Assembly: GCA_963667175.2 (NCBI GenBank)
Contig: CAXXXF010000006.1
Span: 512,001 to 576,000, forward strand
From: Candidatus Latescibacterota bacterium
Lineage (GTDB): Bacteria; Latescibacterota; UBA2968; GCA-2709665
DNA length: 64,000 nucleotides
Direction: 5' to 3'
Shown piece after piece: positions 32,159-42,668 of the stretch. Under the pieces are notes generated by a model, which saw only the letters and a program-made list of their open reading frames with translations, was not told the DNA's origin and ran no database searches. The position numbers and the translations under genes were made by a program. Position 1 is the first letter of the stretch. Each line of letters starts with the position of its first letter.

Positions 32159-34081
32159 TCAGAACATGCTATCCGTCTCGCGTTCGCGCATCTGCCGCAC
32201 AAACGAATTTCCCGAAAAATCGCCGCGAACGGCCATGAAATCGGCCGCTACGTCCTCTTCCCCGCCGTCGGCGCCGTAACCGATCGTCGCGGCGCCGGAA
32301 AACTCCTTTTCCGCGTCCGCCAGTACCTTTTTCGTGGTCGAGGCGTGCGCCTTCCGGTGCGCTGCCTTCATCTCCTCGACGTCCTCCGCCGTCAGCGCCT
32401 CCACACCGGCGCCGGTACGGTCCCTGTACGCCCGCCGCACCCATGCCCATTCGTCCGCTTCGTACATCCTGCCTGCCGTTTCGAACGCCGCATTGAACGC
32501 CGCCACCGTGTCGATGTTTCCGGACACGATATTCTCTTCAATCTGCGCCAGCCGCGCCCCGGAAAGCAGCAGGCCGCCCACGTCCGCCCAGCGCTCGTGG
32601 TACACCTCGCCTTCATCCGGCGCCAGCGCCTTCCCGCCGGCAACCCGCCGAAGAACCCTTCCAATGAGGTACATATCGATCGCCGCGGCGTAATTCCTGA
32701 TGCCGTGGCGCAAGACGAGGCGCCGGATCCTTACACCGTTGTGGCGCACGTGCGCCACCTCGCGCGGCGTTTTTTCGTAAAGCGCCTTCAGCAGCGCCTC
32801 TCCCCGCGTCATCCGCTCGACCGTATAGGGACTGAACACCTCGTACCGGATCTGGTCCCGTTTGACGGAAGCCGTTCTCCGGTCCCGGTTCGGCCACTTT
32901 TCGCCGTCACGGACGGTACCGACCGTGTGGAGGTTCATCGCAGGCGTGAGGAAACTGACGCCCTTTTCTTCGACGACGTAGGAAAACGGCAAGTCCCGAG
33001 TGTCCAGATTCGTCATGTGTTTACCGATAACAACGCTAAACGGCCCCACGGCGCTCGGCAGCAGCAAATAGGAAGACGATCCCGTCTTGCTGCCGCGTTC
33101 CAGCACACCCTGATGCACGGGACCGAGCTTATACATATGGTTGCTCTGGTTGGTCCCGCTGCCGGCGTTATAGAATGAAAAGAGCCCGGCGATCAGCAAC
33201 GTACTCTTGTGGTGCGTTACCGTGTAGGGGCCGCCGAATACGGAACAGGCTTCACCGTTGAAGCATTCCGAATTGGCGAAGAAGAGAGAATTCTCGGCCG
33301 AAAACTGCTTCCCGATCTCTACTCCCTGACCGATAAAGCATCTGTTGATGATGGCGCCGCCCTCCACGCGGGAGCCTTCGCAAATGATGAAATCCTCGGC
33401 CACAACGGATGCGCCCACCCGTGTCTGCGCGTCCGCCTCGCTCAGGACGGTCCCGTTCTTCAGCATGGCCGCCCCCGCAACGACCGCGCAGGCGCCGATA
33501 TTCACGTCGACAATCTCATTCACGTGCGCAATGACGGCGCGGTCGCCAACCGTTCCCGTATCCGAGGAAATCTCATCCACAAATGCCTTCGCCATTGCCA
33601 GCAGGCGCTCGGTCATCTCCGCTCGATATCGGTGCATGCTGACCAGGTATGCAAACTGGCAGGACATCTCGTTGAACATGGGCGCCTCACGCCCGCCCCC
33701 CTCGTTGACCGGTTCCACGACCACGCCGTTCCCGAACGTGGCGCCGGGATGCGTCGTCAGCTGCCCTACGTCGGTCACGACCGCCCCATTCCCAATCCGG
33801 TAGTTCGCGAGATGACTTCGCACCCGCGTCACCCGCACGTTGTCCCCCAGTTCGCAGTTGATCAGCGTGGCGTCGGAAATTTCCGCCGGTAATTCCACGC
33901 CTGCGAACGATACGGTTCCCTCCAGGACACCCATCCTTACCCGGCCGCAGAAAACCGCGTGCTTCACGCGACGTGGATCGAATCCGTGCTTCACCTCCAC
34001 CATCGACCAATCCGCGGCCGCGCATCCGTTTCGTTGCAGCGCCGCGATCTCAGCCTCGGAAAGCGATCGATAGACGGCCAT
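32159..34081 (-). CDS. DUF4954 family protein (hexapeptide/left-handed beta-helix-like)
   Basis: YRSLSEAEIAALQRNGC, VNEGGGRE, HHKSTLLIAG, NAGSGTNQSNHMYKLGP. Confidence 0.8.
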   Translation of the reverse strand: MAVYRSLSEAEIAALQRNGCAAADWSMVEVKHGFDPRRVKHAVFCGRVRMGVLEGTVSFAGVELPAEISDATLINCELGDNVRVTRVRSHLANYRIGNGAVVTDVGQLTTHPGATFGNGVVVEPVNEGGGREAPMFNEMSCQFAYLVSMHRYRAEMTERLLAMAKAFVDEISSDTGTVGDRAVIAHVNEIVDVNIGACAVVAGAAMLKNGTVLSEADAQTRVGASVVAEDFIICEGSRVEGGAIINRCFIGQGVEIGKQFSAENSLFFANSECFNGEACSVFGGPYTVTHHKSTLLIAGLFSFYNAGSGTNQSNHMYKLGPVHQGVLERGSKTGSSSYLLLPSAVGPFSVVIGKHMTNLDTRDLPFSYVVEEKGVSFLTPAMNLHTVGTVRDGEKWPNRDRRTASVKRDQIRYEVFSPYTVERMTRGEALLKALYEKTPREVAHVRHNGVRIRRLVLRHGIRNYAAAIDMYLIGRVLRRVAGGKALAPDEGEVYHERWADVGGLLLSGARLAQIEENIVSGNIDTVAAFNAAFETAGRMYEADEWAWVRRAYRDRTGAGVEALTAEDVEEMKAAHRKAHASTTKKVLADAEKEFSGAATIGYGADGGEEDVAADFMAVRGDFSGNSFVRQMRERETDSMF

Positions 34082-34430
34082 ATATGATTTTCCTCCTTTT
34101 CCATTCCGATTCCTATCTCCCTGAAAAACCGGTTATTACCGAGATTTACAGGCGGATAAGATATTCAGCTCCGCGCCCGAAGGCAAGCGTTTTCCAGGGA
34201 ATTCCCGGCGCCTTCATCGTCTTCATGTCGAAGGGCAAAACGCTTTACTTCAATCCGACCCTTTGGTATATTGGCTGACCTTCAGAGTCCATCGTCAGGT
34301 CTCGAAACGGCGGTTTTCGGCGGGCGCGTCGACGTCCGGTGTGAAACGTCGTCTCCGGACGGGCAATCTGCACGGATCAATCGCCAAGCACCCGGCACTG
34401 ACCGGATCGACGTCCGGCGAAAGGACGCCA

Positions 34431-35189
34431 ATGGCCGGCGGCATCAAACTCAAAGTATGCGAGACGAGCGCCGAAGTGGCGGTGGAAGCATCGGAAATCA
34501 TCGCAAATCTGGTCCGTGTCCGGTCAGATCCAGTGATCGGGCTGGCGACGGGATCGACGCCGGAACAGACCTACGCCAGACTCGCGGAACTGCACCACAG
34601 CGAAGGTCTCGAATTCCGCCGGGTGACCTCGTTCAACCTGGACGAATACTGGGGCCTGGACGGCGACCACGACCAGAGCTACCGGTACTTCATGAACGAC
34701 CGCCTGTTCCGGAAGATCGACATCCGGCCCTGGAACACGCATGTACTGAACGGCGCCGCCGCCAATCCCGACCTGGAATGCCGGGCCTTCGAAACCAGAA
34801 TCCTCGCGGCGGGCGGGATCGACCTCTGGCTGCTCGGCATCGGCACGAATGGTCACGTCGCGTTCAACGAACCCGGCAGTGCGGTGGACAGCCGTACGCG
34901 CCTCGTGAACCTGGCGCCCAGCACCATCGAGGCGAACAGCGACGGCCGTTTCTTCAAAGATGCCGCAAGCGTCCCGCGATTCGCCCTCTCGGCCGGAATC
35001 GGCACGATCCGGGCGGCGCGGCGCATTCTCCTGCTGGCCACGGGCGCACGGAAGGCCGGCGCCGTCGCACGGGCTCTGGAAGGGCCTCCCACAACGGACT
35101 GCCCCGCCAGCCTGCTGCAGAGCCATCCGGACTGCACGTTTATCGTGGACCGAGAAGCGGCGTCAGAGCTCGCGTCCGGACAGAACTGA
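34431..35189 (+). CDS. nagB: Glucosamine-6-phosphate deaminase
   Basis: IGLATGSTP, FNLDEY, LGIGTNGHVAFNEPGS, CPASLLQ. Confidence 0.94.
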   Translation: MAGGIKLKVCETSAEVAVEASEIIANLVRVRSDPVIGLATGSTPEQTYARLAELHHSEGLEFRRVTSFNLDEYWGLDGDHDQSYRYFMNDRLFRKIDIRPWNTHVLNGAAANPDLECRAFETRILAAGGIDLWLLGIGTNGHVAFNEPGSAVDSRTRLVNLAPSTIEANSDGRFFKDAASVPRFALSAGIGTIRAARRILLLATGARKAGAVARALEGPPTTDCPASLLQSHPDCTFIVDREAASELASGQN

Positions 35190-35269
35190 TCGACGAGAAC
35201 ACCCGTCGCGCCGCACAGCGCCGCGATGGGGTATCCTTCCAACTCTTCTGTAATTTCACGGAGCGTCAA

Positions 35270-35515
35270 ATGGATCGCGAAGAGATCAAGGCAGGCGTGT
35301 GCCGGGTCATCTCCGGCGTTCTCGGAATCGACGCAACCGGGGTCTCGGAAGCGCAGAGCTTCACGGCCGACCTCGGCGCCGAGTCCGTGCAATCCGTAGA
35401 GCTCATGGCCGGCTTCGAGGAGGAATTCGAGATTGAAATGGACGAAGATGAAGCCCTGTCCGTACAGACGGTCGGTGGCGCCATCGACTTCATCGCAAAG
35501 TACGTAAACAGTTGA
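35270..35515 (+). CDS. acpP: Acyl carrier protein
   Basis: FTADLGAESVQSVELMAGFEEEFEIE; Ser attachment site in ESV instead of DSL. Confidence 0.85.
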   Translation: MDREEIKAGVCRVISGVLGIDATGVSEAQSFTADLGAESVQSVELMAGFEEEFEIEMDEDEALSVQTVGGAIDFIAKYVNS

Positions 35516-35555
35516 TTCGGCAACCCTTGTCCCCGGTTTTGCAGGAGCGTATCCC

Positions 35556-36947
35556 ATGAAGACAGCCGACCTGATCGAAGTCGACGAGCCCAATCTCCTC
35601 GACGAGCAATTCGACTATAGTCTGCCGCCCAGGATTCTGTTCGACGGTCCTCTGTACGAAGAAATCGGCGACCGGATCGTCAGATTCGATCCGGAAGAAG
35701 CCCTCGCAAGAGACCTCGTCATCACCGATACCACGTTTCGGGACGGCCAGCAGGCCCGTCCTCCCTATACGGTGGAACAGCAGGTCAGACTCTTCGACAT
35801 GATGGCCAGGCTCGGCGGACCGAACGGCGTGATCCGCCAGACCGAGTTCTTCCTCTACACGAAAAACGACCGGCGCACCCTGGAAGAATGCCGTGCGCTC
35901 GGGCACCGTTTCCCCGAAATCACTTCCTGGATTCGCGCGGACAAGGGCGACTTCCGGCTGGTCAGGGAAGCCGGTGTTCGGGAAACCGGGATGCTTACGC
36001 CCAGTTCCGACTATCATATCTTTTACAAGCTGAAAAAAGATCGCAGGAAAGCGTTCAACGACTACCTGGAAGTCGTCGAGGCCGCCTGGGAAGCCGGCAT
36101 CCGGCCGCGCTGCCATTTGGAGGACGTGACGCGTGCGGACGTCGAAGGCTACGTGCTGCCCTTTGTCCAGGAACTGATGCGCCGTTCCGAGCAGGCGCCG
36201 CCGGAACTCCACGCGAAAATCCGTCTTTGCGACACCATGGGGTTCGGAATCAGCTATCCGGGCGCAGGCCTTCCCCGTTCAATTCCCAAGCTCGTCTATC
36301 TCATGACCAACGACGGCGGGGTACCGCACGATTGCCTTGAATGGCACGGACACAACGACTTCCACAAGGTCCATGTCAACGGGGCGACCGCGTGGTTGTA
36401 CGGATGCAATGCGCTCAACACCACGTTGTTCGGTTTCGGCGAACGGACCGGCAATCCGCCGCTCGAAGGGGCGATACTCGAATACATCGGCCTTCATGGC
36501 GGCCTTTGCGGCATCGATACCATGATGATTCAGGAAATGGCCGATTACATGCGCTCCATCGGGGTGGACATCGCGCCGAACTACCCGTTTGTCGGCAGGG
36601 ACTTCAACACCACGCGGGCCGGCATCCACGCGGGCGGGCTGCGGTCCGATGAACGCATCTACAACATTTTCGATACCACCGCCCTGTTCGGACGCCCGCC
36701 CCGGGTGGCCATTACGGACAAGACCGGCGTGGACGGGGTCGCCCTCTGGGTCAACGAGTTCCTGGGCCTCAAGGGCAACGACCGGCTCAGCAAAATCAGA
36801 GTGCACAAGATCGCCCGCTGGGTTTTGGATCAGTACGAAGTGCACGGCCGAATGAGCGCAATCACCGACGAGGAACTGGAAGAACAGGTCAAGATCAACC
36901 TGCCCGACCGGTACGCAACCTATCAGGCCGGCCGCAAGGCAGGCTGA
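35556..36947 (+). CDS. DRE-TIM metallolyase, Re-citrate-synthase-like (isopropylmalate/homocitrate synthase superfamily)
   Basis: ITDTTFRDGQQARPPYT, LGGPNGVIRQTEFFLY, RCHLED, WHGHNDF, GERTGN. Confidence 0.75.
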   Translation: MKTADLIEVDEPNLLDEQFDYSLPPRILFDGPLYEEIGDRIVRFDPEEALARDLVITDTTFRDGQQARPPYTVEQQVRLFDMMARLGGPNGVIRQTEFFLYTKNDRRTLEECRALGHRFPEITSWIRADKGDFRLVREAGVRETGMLTPSSDYHIFYKLKKDRRKAFNDYLEVVEAAWEAGIRPRCHLEDVTRADVEGYVLPFVQELMRRSEQAPPELHAKIRLCDTMGFGISYPGAGLPRSIPKLVYLMTNDGGVPHDCLEWHGHNDFHKVHVNGATAWLYGCNALNTTLFGFGERTGNPPLEGAILEYIGLHGGLCGIDTMMIQEMADYMRSIGVDIAPNYPFVGRDFNTTRAGIHAGGLRSDERIYNIFDTTALFGRPPRVAITDKTGVDGVALWVNEFLGLKGNDRLSKIRVHKIARWVLDQYEVHGRMSAITDEELEEQVKINLPDRYATYQAGRKAG

Positions 36948-36989
36948 TCGCCCGTTTCACCTAAAATCGCCGGCTTCCGGCGGCAACTC

Positions 36990-38009
36990 GTGACGACCCG
37001 CACCGTCTCCCACACCGCACTCAATGCGTTTTGCGTTGACCTCCTGACAGCGGCGGACGTGCCTGAACCCGACGCCCGAATCACGGCCCGCATCCAGGTC
37101 GAAGCGGACCTCCGCGGCGTACACTCCCATGGCGCGCGCGGGATTGCGGGCTATATCCGCCAGATCCTGAAGGGCGAGATCAACCCCGAAGCCCGTCCCC
37201 GCGTCCTGAGCGAGGGGGCCGCGTACGTCCACGTCGACGCGGATAACGCCCTCGGACAGGTGGCCGCGTACAGCGCGATGAAACGCGCCATCCGGAAAGC
37301 CGAAGGCGCGGGCATCGGGATGGCCGCGGTCCGCAATACCAATCACTATGGCGCCGCGGCCTTCTACGCCAACATGGCGGCCGAAGCCCGTATGGTGGGC
37401 TTCAACACCACCGGCGGACGCAAGAACCGGGGCAACATGGCGCCGTACGGGAGCATCGAACCCGCCATCGGAAACGCGCCGTTCGCGTACGGCATCCCCG
37501 CGGGCCGAGAACGCCCCATCATCCTCGACATGGCCACCGGGGTGGTTGCCGCCGGCAAGATCGCCGTCGCCCGGGACCGCGGCGAGAAGATCCCCATGGG
37601 CTGGGCGCTTGACGCTGCGGGCCGACCGACCGACGACCCGGCGGAGGCGCGTATCGTCCTGCCCCTCGGACCGAAGGGATCGGGCCTCGCCATCGTGATG
37701 CAGTGTATCGGCGGCATCCTGGCCGGCGCCGCCTTTCCGGACGTGGAAAAATTCGGTTATCTGTTCATCGCGATCAGGATTTCCACGTTCGCCGATCCCG
37801 AAGTCTTCGCGACGGAAGTCGACGCGCGCATCCGTACCATCCGTGAGGCCAGACCCGCGCAGGGGGTTGACCGCGTCTACTACCCCGGAGAACCCGAATG
37901 GATCACTCGCGAGCGAAACCTCGAAAACGGCATCCCCATGCTGCTTCCGCATCTGAGCGACCTGGACGCCGTTGCTGCCGAACTGGGCGTGTCGAAGCGA
38001 TTGGGATGA
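36990..38009 (+). CDS. Ldh_2 family (malate/L-lactate/sulfolactate) dehydrogenase
   Basis: EADLRGVHSHG, DADNALG, NHYGAA, LDMATG, GPKGSGL, PGE. Confidence 0.9.
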   Translation: MTTRTVSHTALNAFCVDLLTAADVPEPDARITARIQVEADLRGVHSHGARGIAGYIRQILKGEINPEARPRVLSEGAAYVHVDADNALGQVAAYSAMKRAIRKAEGAGIGMAAVRNTNHYGAAAFYANMAAEARMVGFNTTGGRKNRGNMAPYGSIEPAIGNAPFAYGIPAGRERPIILDMATGVVAAGKIAVARDRGEKIPMGWALDAAGRPTDDPAEARIVLPLGPKGSGLAIVMQCIGGILAGAAFPDVEKFGYLFIAIRISTFADPEVFATEVDARIRTIREARPAQGVDRVYYPGEPEWITRERNLENGIPMLLPHLSDLDAVAAELGVSKRLG

Positions 38010-38085
38010 CGCTCCCGACGTGTGGCCCTGAAGTCAGGTCGACCCGGGCCGTCGTCGATGCCCCTTCCCCCACTGCGAACAACGC

Positions 38086-38820
38086 ATGGACGTCTTCGTC
38101 CTGACAGCCACCGCTCTCGAGCAGGAAACGCTGCGCGGCAGCATTCGGAGTCCGACCACGCGGACGTTCGCCTGCCGCGCGCGCGCAGAGGGCCGACTGG
38201 GGACCCGCCGCGTCGCCCTGATCGAAACCGGAATCGGCGCCGTCAACACCGCCCAGGCGCTGACCGCCGCCCTGGAATCCGTCCGCCCGCGCTTCGTTCT
38301 GCAGGTCGGCATCGGCGGCGCTTACGCGGGCGCACAACTCAACGTGGGCGACCTTGCCGTGGCCACCGAGGAGAACGACGGGGAACTGGGGATCCTCGCC
38401 CCCGGGGGATGGCTTCCGGCGAATCATATCGGCGTCCCCGTCCTCAATAAGAACCGGGACCTCTACAATACCTTTCCGCTCGACGCGGACCTCGCCCGCC
38501 GCGCGACAACCCTGATCCTCGAAGCCGCCTGGCCGTGCGGCGCCCCGGCCGTGCGCTCCGGTCCTTTTGTCACCGTTCAACAGTGCAGCGGCCTCGCCGC
38601 CAGGGGCGCCGAACTCGCCGCGAGGTTCAATGCCATCTGCGAGAACATGGAAGGCGCGGCCGCGGCGCAACTCTGCACGCTGTACGAGGTCCCTTTTGTC
38701 GAGCTGCGAGGCATAAGCAACCTCGTCGAAGACCGGAACACAGGCGCGTGGAAGCTCTCTCTGGCCTCCCGGAATGTACAGCAGGCTGCCCGTGTCCTGA
38801 TGGAAACCCTGGAACCCTGA
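38086..38820 (+). CDS. mqnB: Futalosine hydrolase
   Basis: TGIGAVNTA, QVGIGG, CENMEGAA, ELRGISNLVEDR; adjacent to mqnD. Confidence 0.85.
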   Translation: MDVFVLTATALEQETLRGSIRSPTTRTFACRARAEGRLGTRRVALIETGIGAVNTAQALTAALESVRPRFVLQVGIGGAYAGAQLNVGDLAVATEENDGELGILAPGGWLPANHIGVPVLNKNRDLYNTFPLDADLARRATTLILEAAWPCGAPAVRSGPFVTVQQCSGLAARGAELAARFNAICENMEGAAAAQLCTLYEVPFVELRGISNLVEDRNTGAWKLSLASRNVQQAARVLMETLEP

Positions 38821-38929
38821 GCGGCAAGTCGTATCCCGGCACGGCACGGACCGTCGGTCGGGACAACCCGAAACGACGGCGATCGCATTGCCGCGGCCAT
38901 CGTTCGGTTTCGCGCGTCTCGAGGAACTC

Positions 38930-39763
38930 ATGGCTTCCGTTTCGCTCGGCTACTCACCCAGCCCGAACGACACCTGCATCTTCTACGGGCTCGAACATGG
39001 GTTGATTCCCGGCGCGCCCCGTTTCGAGACGATTCTCGAAGACATCGAAGCCCTCAACCGGTTGGCGCTGGATGGCCGACTGGACGTCACCAAGGTCTCC
39101 TTTCACGCCGTCGGCCACCTTCGGGACCGGTACTGCCTCCTCCATTCGGGCGGCGCCATGGGCCGCGGCTGCGGTCCGCTCGTCGTGGCCGCCAGACCCC
39201 TGAATCCGTCGGAATTGACTGGCGAAACAATCGCGATTCCCGGAAAGCTGACCACCGCGTCGCTGCTGCTGCGCCTGTTCGAGCCGTCCCTCGACAATCT
39301 CGTCGTTCTACCCTACCACCGCATCATGGACGCCGTTCGGTCCGGCGAAGTCGGCGCCGGGCTCATCATCCACGAAAGCCGATTTACCTTTCCGGAATTC
39401 GGACTGCACGAAGTCGTCGACCTGGGCGAATGGTGGGAAGGCGCCACCGGCCACCCCATTGTGCTGGGAGGCATCCTCTCCCGCCGGGACCTCGGCGCCG
39501 ACCGGATCGGGGCTATTGATAGCGCGGTGCGAAAAAGCGTGGAATACGCCCGCGCCCATCCGGAAGAGGTCCGAACGGACGTCATTCGGAACGCCCCGGA
39601 TCTGGATGCGCCTGTTGTTCAGCGATTTATTGACCTGTACGTCAACGCGTACACTCTGGACTACGGTCCGGACGGAGAGGCCGCGATTAGCGATCTCCTC
39701 GCCCGCGCCGAAACCGCGGGCATCATTCCCGCATCGGACAAAACACTCTTTGTCGACCGGTAA
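38930..39763 (+). CDS. mqnD: 1,4-dihydroxy-6-naphthoate synthase
   Basis: GYSPSPNDT, GGAMGRGCGP, AIPGKLTTA, LIIHESRF, DLGEWW, LYVN. Confidence 0.9.
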   Translation: MASVSLGYSPSPNDTCIFYGLEHGLIPGAPRFETILEDIEALNRLALDGRLDVTKVSFHAVGHLRDRYCLLHSGGAMGRGCGPLVVAARPLNPSELTGETIAIPGKLTTASLLLRLFEPSLDNLVVLPYHRIMDAVRSGEVGAGLIIHESRFTFPEFGLHEVVDLGEWWEGATGHPIVLGGILSRRDLGADRIGAIDSAVRKSVEYARAHPEEVRTDVIRNAPDLDAPVVQRFIDLYVNAYTLDYGPDGEAAISDLLARAETAGIIPASDKTLFVDR

Positions 39764-39781
39764 GTGAAAGGAGCCGCACCC

Positions 39782-40687
39782 ATGTCAAAACCCAGAATCG
39801 GATTCATTGGACTCGGGATTATGGGAAAACCCATGTCCAATCACCTGCTCCAGGCCGGATACGCCGTCATTGTACACAACCGCAGCCGGGAACCGGTGGC
39901 AGAACTGGTTGAGGCGGGCGCCGGGGAAGCCCACTCCCCCAGAGAGGTGGCCGAAAACAGCGACGTGGTCATTAGCATGTTGCCCGACTCGCCGGACGTT
40001 CAGGAAGTCGCCCTCGGACCGGGCGGCATCATCGAAGGCGTAAGCCGGGACGACATCTACATTGACATGAGTACCATCGCGCCCAGCGTTGCCCTCGAGG
40101 TTGGCGGGGCGATGGCGAAAAAAGGCGTTCGATGCCTGGATGCGCCCGTGAGCGGAGGCGACGTGGGCGCACGGAATGCCACCCTTTCCATCATGGTGGG
40201 CGGCGAGGAGGAGATATTCGATTCAGTACGACCGATCTTCGCTGCAATGGGTCAGAATATCGTGCTGTGCGGGCCTCTGGGCGCGGGGCAGACCGTGAAG
40301 GCCTGCAACCAGGTTCTGGTTGCCGTCACCATCGCCGGCGTCTCGGAAGCGTTGACACTCGGCGCCAGGGCGGGCGTGGACCCAGCAAACATCGTACAGG
40401 TTCTGAGCGGGGGCCTCGCCCGATGCGGCGTGCTGGAGAACCGGGGCGAGCGCATGGTCAACGGCGACTTCGACCCCGGCTTCCGCATCCGGCTTCACTA
40501 CAAGGACCTCAACATCATCATGAAAACCGGCAGCGACTACAATGTGCCGCTGCCGGTAACGAGCATCGTTCACGAACTGTTCAATCTGGCGATGGCCAAA
40601 GACCGGGGCGAACTGGATCACTCCGGCCTGTTGACCGTGGTCGAAGACCTGGCCGGTGTGAAGGCGCGAACACCTGGGGCGGGATAA
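39782..40687 (+). CDS. 2-hydroxy-3-oxopropionate (tartronate semialdehyde) reductase family
   Basis: IGFIGLGIMGKPM, DAPVSGG, GAGQTVKACNQ, PGFRIRLHYKDL. Confidence 0.88.
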   Translation: MSKPRIGFIGLGIMGKPMSNHLLQAGYAVIVHNRSREPVAELVEAGAGEAHSPREVAENSDVVISMLPDSPDVQEVALGPGGIIEGVSRDDIYIDMSTIAPSVALEVGGAMAKKGVRCLDAPVSGGDVGARNATLSIMVGGEEEIFDSVRPIFAAMGQNIVLCGPLGAGQTVKACNQVLVAVTIAGVSEALTLGARAGVDPANIVQVLSGGLARCGVLENRGERMVNGDFDPGFRIRLHYKDLNIIMKTGSDYNVPLPVTSIVHELFNLAMAKDRGELDHSGLLTVVEDLAGVKARTPGAG

Positions 40688-40723
40688 ATTCCCTCAGGCG
40701 ATCTCAAGGTTGAACGAGACGTA

Positions 40724-40751
40724 AAACGCCCGGGAGATTTCCCGGGCGTTT
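40724..40751. terminator. Intrinsic terminator-like hairpin between convergent genes
   Basis: AAACGCCCGGGA-gatt-TCCCGGGCGTTT perfect 12-bp stem. Confidence 0.7.
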
Positions 40752-40859
40752 CTCATTTCCTGTATGGAGACATGGAATTGATCTGGGGCTGTGGAATTCT
40801 CTCCTCTTTACCTCCACAGGCAGATTTCGCTTTCGGATTTTGTGCCTGCCGGGAAGCAC

Positions 40860-41213
40860 TCATTTTTTCGTTCGATCCCCCTTGTAAATATCCCCTCGGG
40901 TGTCCATATCCGTTATATGGATATTGCCATCTTTTCTCTTATACACAATCCTGCAGTTTCCTGCCCTGATTCTGAACGCAGGATCGTTGGCTGGACGTCC
41001 TTCGATCTTGGAAGATCCTCTTCTATTCAAGGGGTCTTTAAGACCCTCTATCTTTGCGATTGCCACCCGTCCAACATCTGCAGGCAGACGATTCAAGAAT
41101 TCCAAGACTTCATCCCTGAAGACGATTCTTGGTTCCGGCCGATCTGGGAGCTCTTTCTCTGCGGGACTTTTTCTCTTCTTCCGACGCCGTGACTCATTCA
41201 CTCCATTCCCCAT
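40860..41213 (-). CDS. RelE/ParE-superfamily toxin (start may be GTG at 41201)
   Basis: FLNRLP, FRIRAGNCRIVY, DTRGDIYK C-terminus; overlaps the stop of the upstream small gene. Confidence 0.7.
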   Translation of the reverse strand: MGNGVNESRRRKKRKSPAEKELPDRPEPRIVFRDEVLEFLNRLPADVGRVAIAKIEGLKDPLNRRGSSKIEGRPANDPAFRIRAGNCRIVYKRKDGNIHITDMDTRGDIYKGDRTKK

Positions 41214-41434
41214 TTGTGCTTAAGCCTTTTGATGGCGCGATCCGACTCCTCAGCAGACAGCATCCTGCTCTTGCCGGTCCGAAGATCCTCGTCCACCTGC
41301 AACGACCGAGCCAGATCAGAGTCAACGGTCCCGTCATCATCCTCCTCGGAGAGAACGACTCGCCCAAATCGCCGGTTCAGAAATCCCGTTGCAGACACCC
41401 AACCAGCCCTCAGAACATCCGTCGCGTACCCCAT
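41198..41434 (-). CDS. Putative antitoxin (78 aa, acidic centre)
   Basis: RBS GGAGG; translationally coupled directly upstream of the RelE-like ORF; EEDDD acidic patch. Confidence 0.5.
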   Translation of the reverse strand: MGYATDVLRAGWVSATGFLNRRFGRVVLSEEDDDGTVDSDLARSLQVDEDLRTGKSRMLSAEESDRAIKRLKHKWGME

Positions 41435-41485
41435 ATCACCCTCCTTTCTGTAATTTCCCCCATACGCCTGATCTCTGCAGAAACA

Positions 41486-41930
41486 TCAAGCCGGCAGTTG
41501 GTCACATCCTGGCCGTTTACCAATCACGCCTGCCACCACGTCCCGCATCTGGTCAATCGTATCCAAATCGCGATGTTGTGCCGGCCGGTAAAGTCATTGA
41601 CGAACCGGTGCATGTGCTTTACCGTCATCTTGTGATACGTTCCATAATACCCCACTTCAGCATCGACCAGAAGGCTTCAATGCCGTTCGTATGGGCCTGA
41701 CCACGCACATACTCGCCCTCCGAATGCTGGACAGCCTCACGCTCGATATCCCCAGACCATCGAAAACCGATGCCTCATCACGGTAAATATACGGGCGTTC
41801 GTCCGGACTGGCAACTCCAGACAAGAAATTCCTCAACGTCTCCCTGTTGGTACGCTTCGGAACCCGGGCCTTCACCTGCCTGGTCTCCCTGTCTTTCGTA
41901 CCCATGACCGGCGTTTTACCCATCGTCCCA
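41486..41930 (-). mobile_element. IS1595-family transposase remnant (frameshifted, N-terminus missing)
   Basis: Fragments in three frames: GKTPVMGTKDRETRQVKA..YRDEASVF; EAVQHSEGEYVRGQAHTNGIEAFWSMLK.GYYGTYHKM..KHMHRFVNDF.GRHN; RDLDTIDQMRDVVAG. Confidence 0.85.
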
Positions 41931-42002
41931 CTTTGGGAATCAGGTTACTCGGCATGGCCCGGAACGATGCCCTGTGTGCCGCAACACCCAGGGTCAGTTT
42001 TG

Positions 42003-42254
42003 TCAAACTAAATCATTCTCAATTAAGTAACCTCGGCCTTTGTGACTCAAAGAGTATGAGGAATAGCGTCGATTAAGAGTCACAAGTTCAGCGTGCACAA
42101 GTTCTGTTACATAGTATCGAACTCTTGTGTAGCTTATTTCAAGTAATTCTGTTAATTCTTCTATAGAAAAACTTCTTCCATCATGTTCTGCAAGAATATC
42201 TAAAATTTGTTGTTCCTCTTCATCGAGAAGAACACTATCGTTATTTTTTGACAT
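42003..42254 (-). CDS. Small winged-helix DNA-binding-like protein, low GC
   Basis: EQQILDILAE..SIEELTELLEISYTRVRYYVTEL..YSLSHKGRGYL; RBS AGGAG; markedly AT-rich relative to the window. Confidence 0.65.
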   Translation of the reverse strand: MSKNNDSVLLDEEEQQILDILAEHDGRSFSIEELTELLEISYTRVRYYVTELVHAELVTLNRRYSSYSLSHKGRGYLIENDLV

Positions 42255-42571
42255 TATGATATCTCCTTTGTGTTTGTGGTTTTTTATGTATTGTATAGAT
42301 ATCTAATGAATCCTGTTGAATTTGTCAAGCGTTAAAAACCACCCGATTTTTGCAGATTTGGAGTGCCGGGGCCCTGAGAGTGCCTCCGGAATTCACACCC
42401 AACCCAACAAACAAAACAGATCCCCTGGGCAAATCTTGACGATCAGTCAATCCCAAGGGGTTATTTTGGGGGCTTATATACTTAACTTGATGCGCCTATC
42501 GCGGTCGCCAACGTACGCCTGAGGAATGACGAAAAGTCTTGCTTTTCGTTTCGTTTTTTGGTGGAATAAAA

Positions 42572-42656
42572 ACAGCCTCGATAGATGACTCTTTCGAGGC
42601 TGTCCTTGGGTTCCGGCCCGAGGCGGCCCTGAAGGATGACTCCTTCGGGGCTTTTT
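42572..42656. ncRNA. Candidate structured non-coding element: three tandem hairpins, outer two with identical GA-TGAC-TC apex
   Basis: ACAGCCTCGA..TCGAGGCTGT; CCTTGGG..CCCGAGG; GCCCTGAAGGA-tgac-TCCTTCGGGGC; flanked by A5 and T5 tracts. Confidence 0.4.
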
Positions 42657-42668
42657 CGTTCACTGAGA

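Noticed and set aside
34271-35269. 414-aa ORF fusing an unknown region to ACP
   Set aside because: It is an alternative frame overlapping nagB; only the last 81 aa are ACP-like, with their own ATG.
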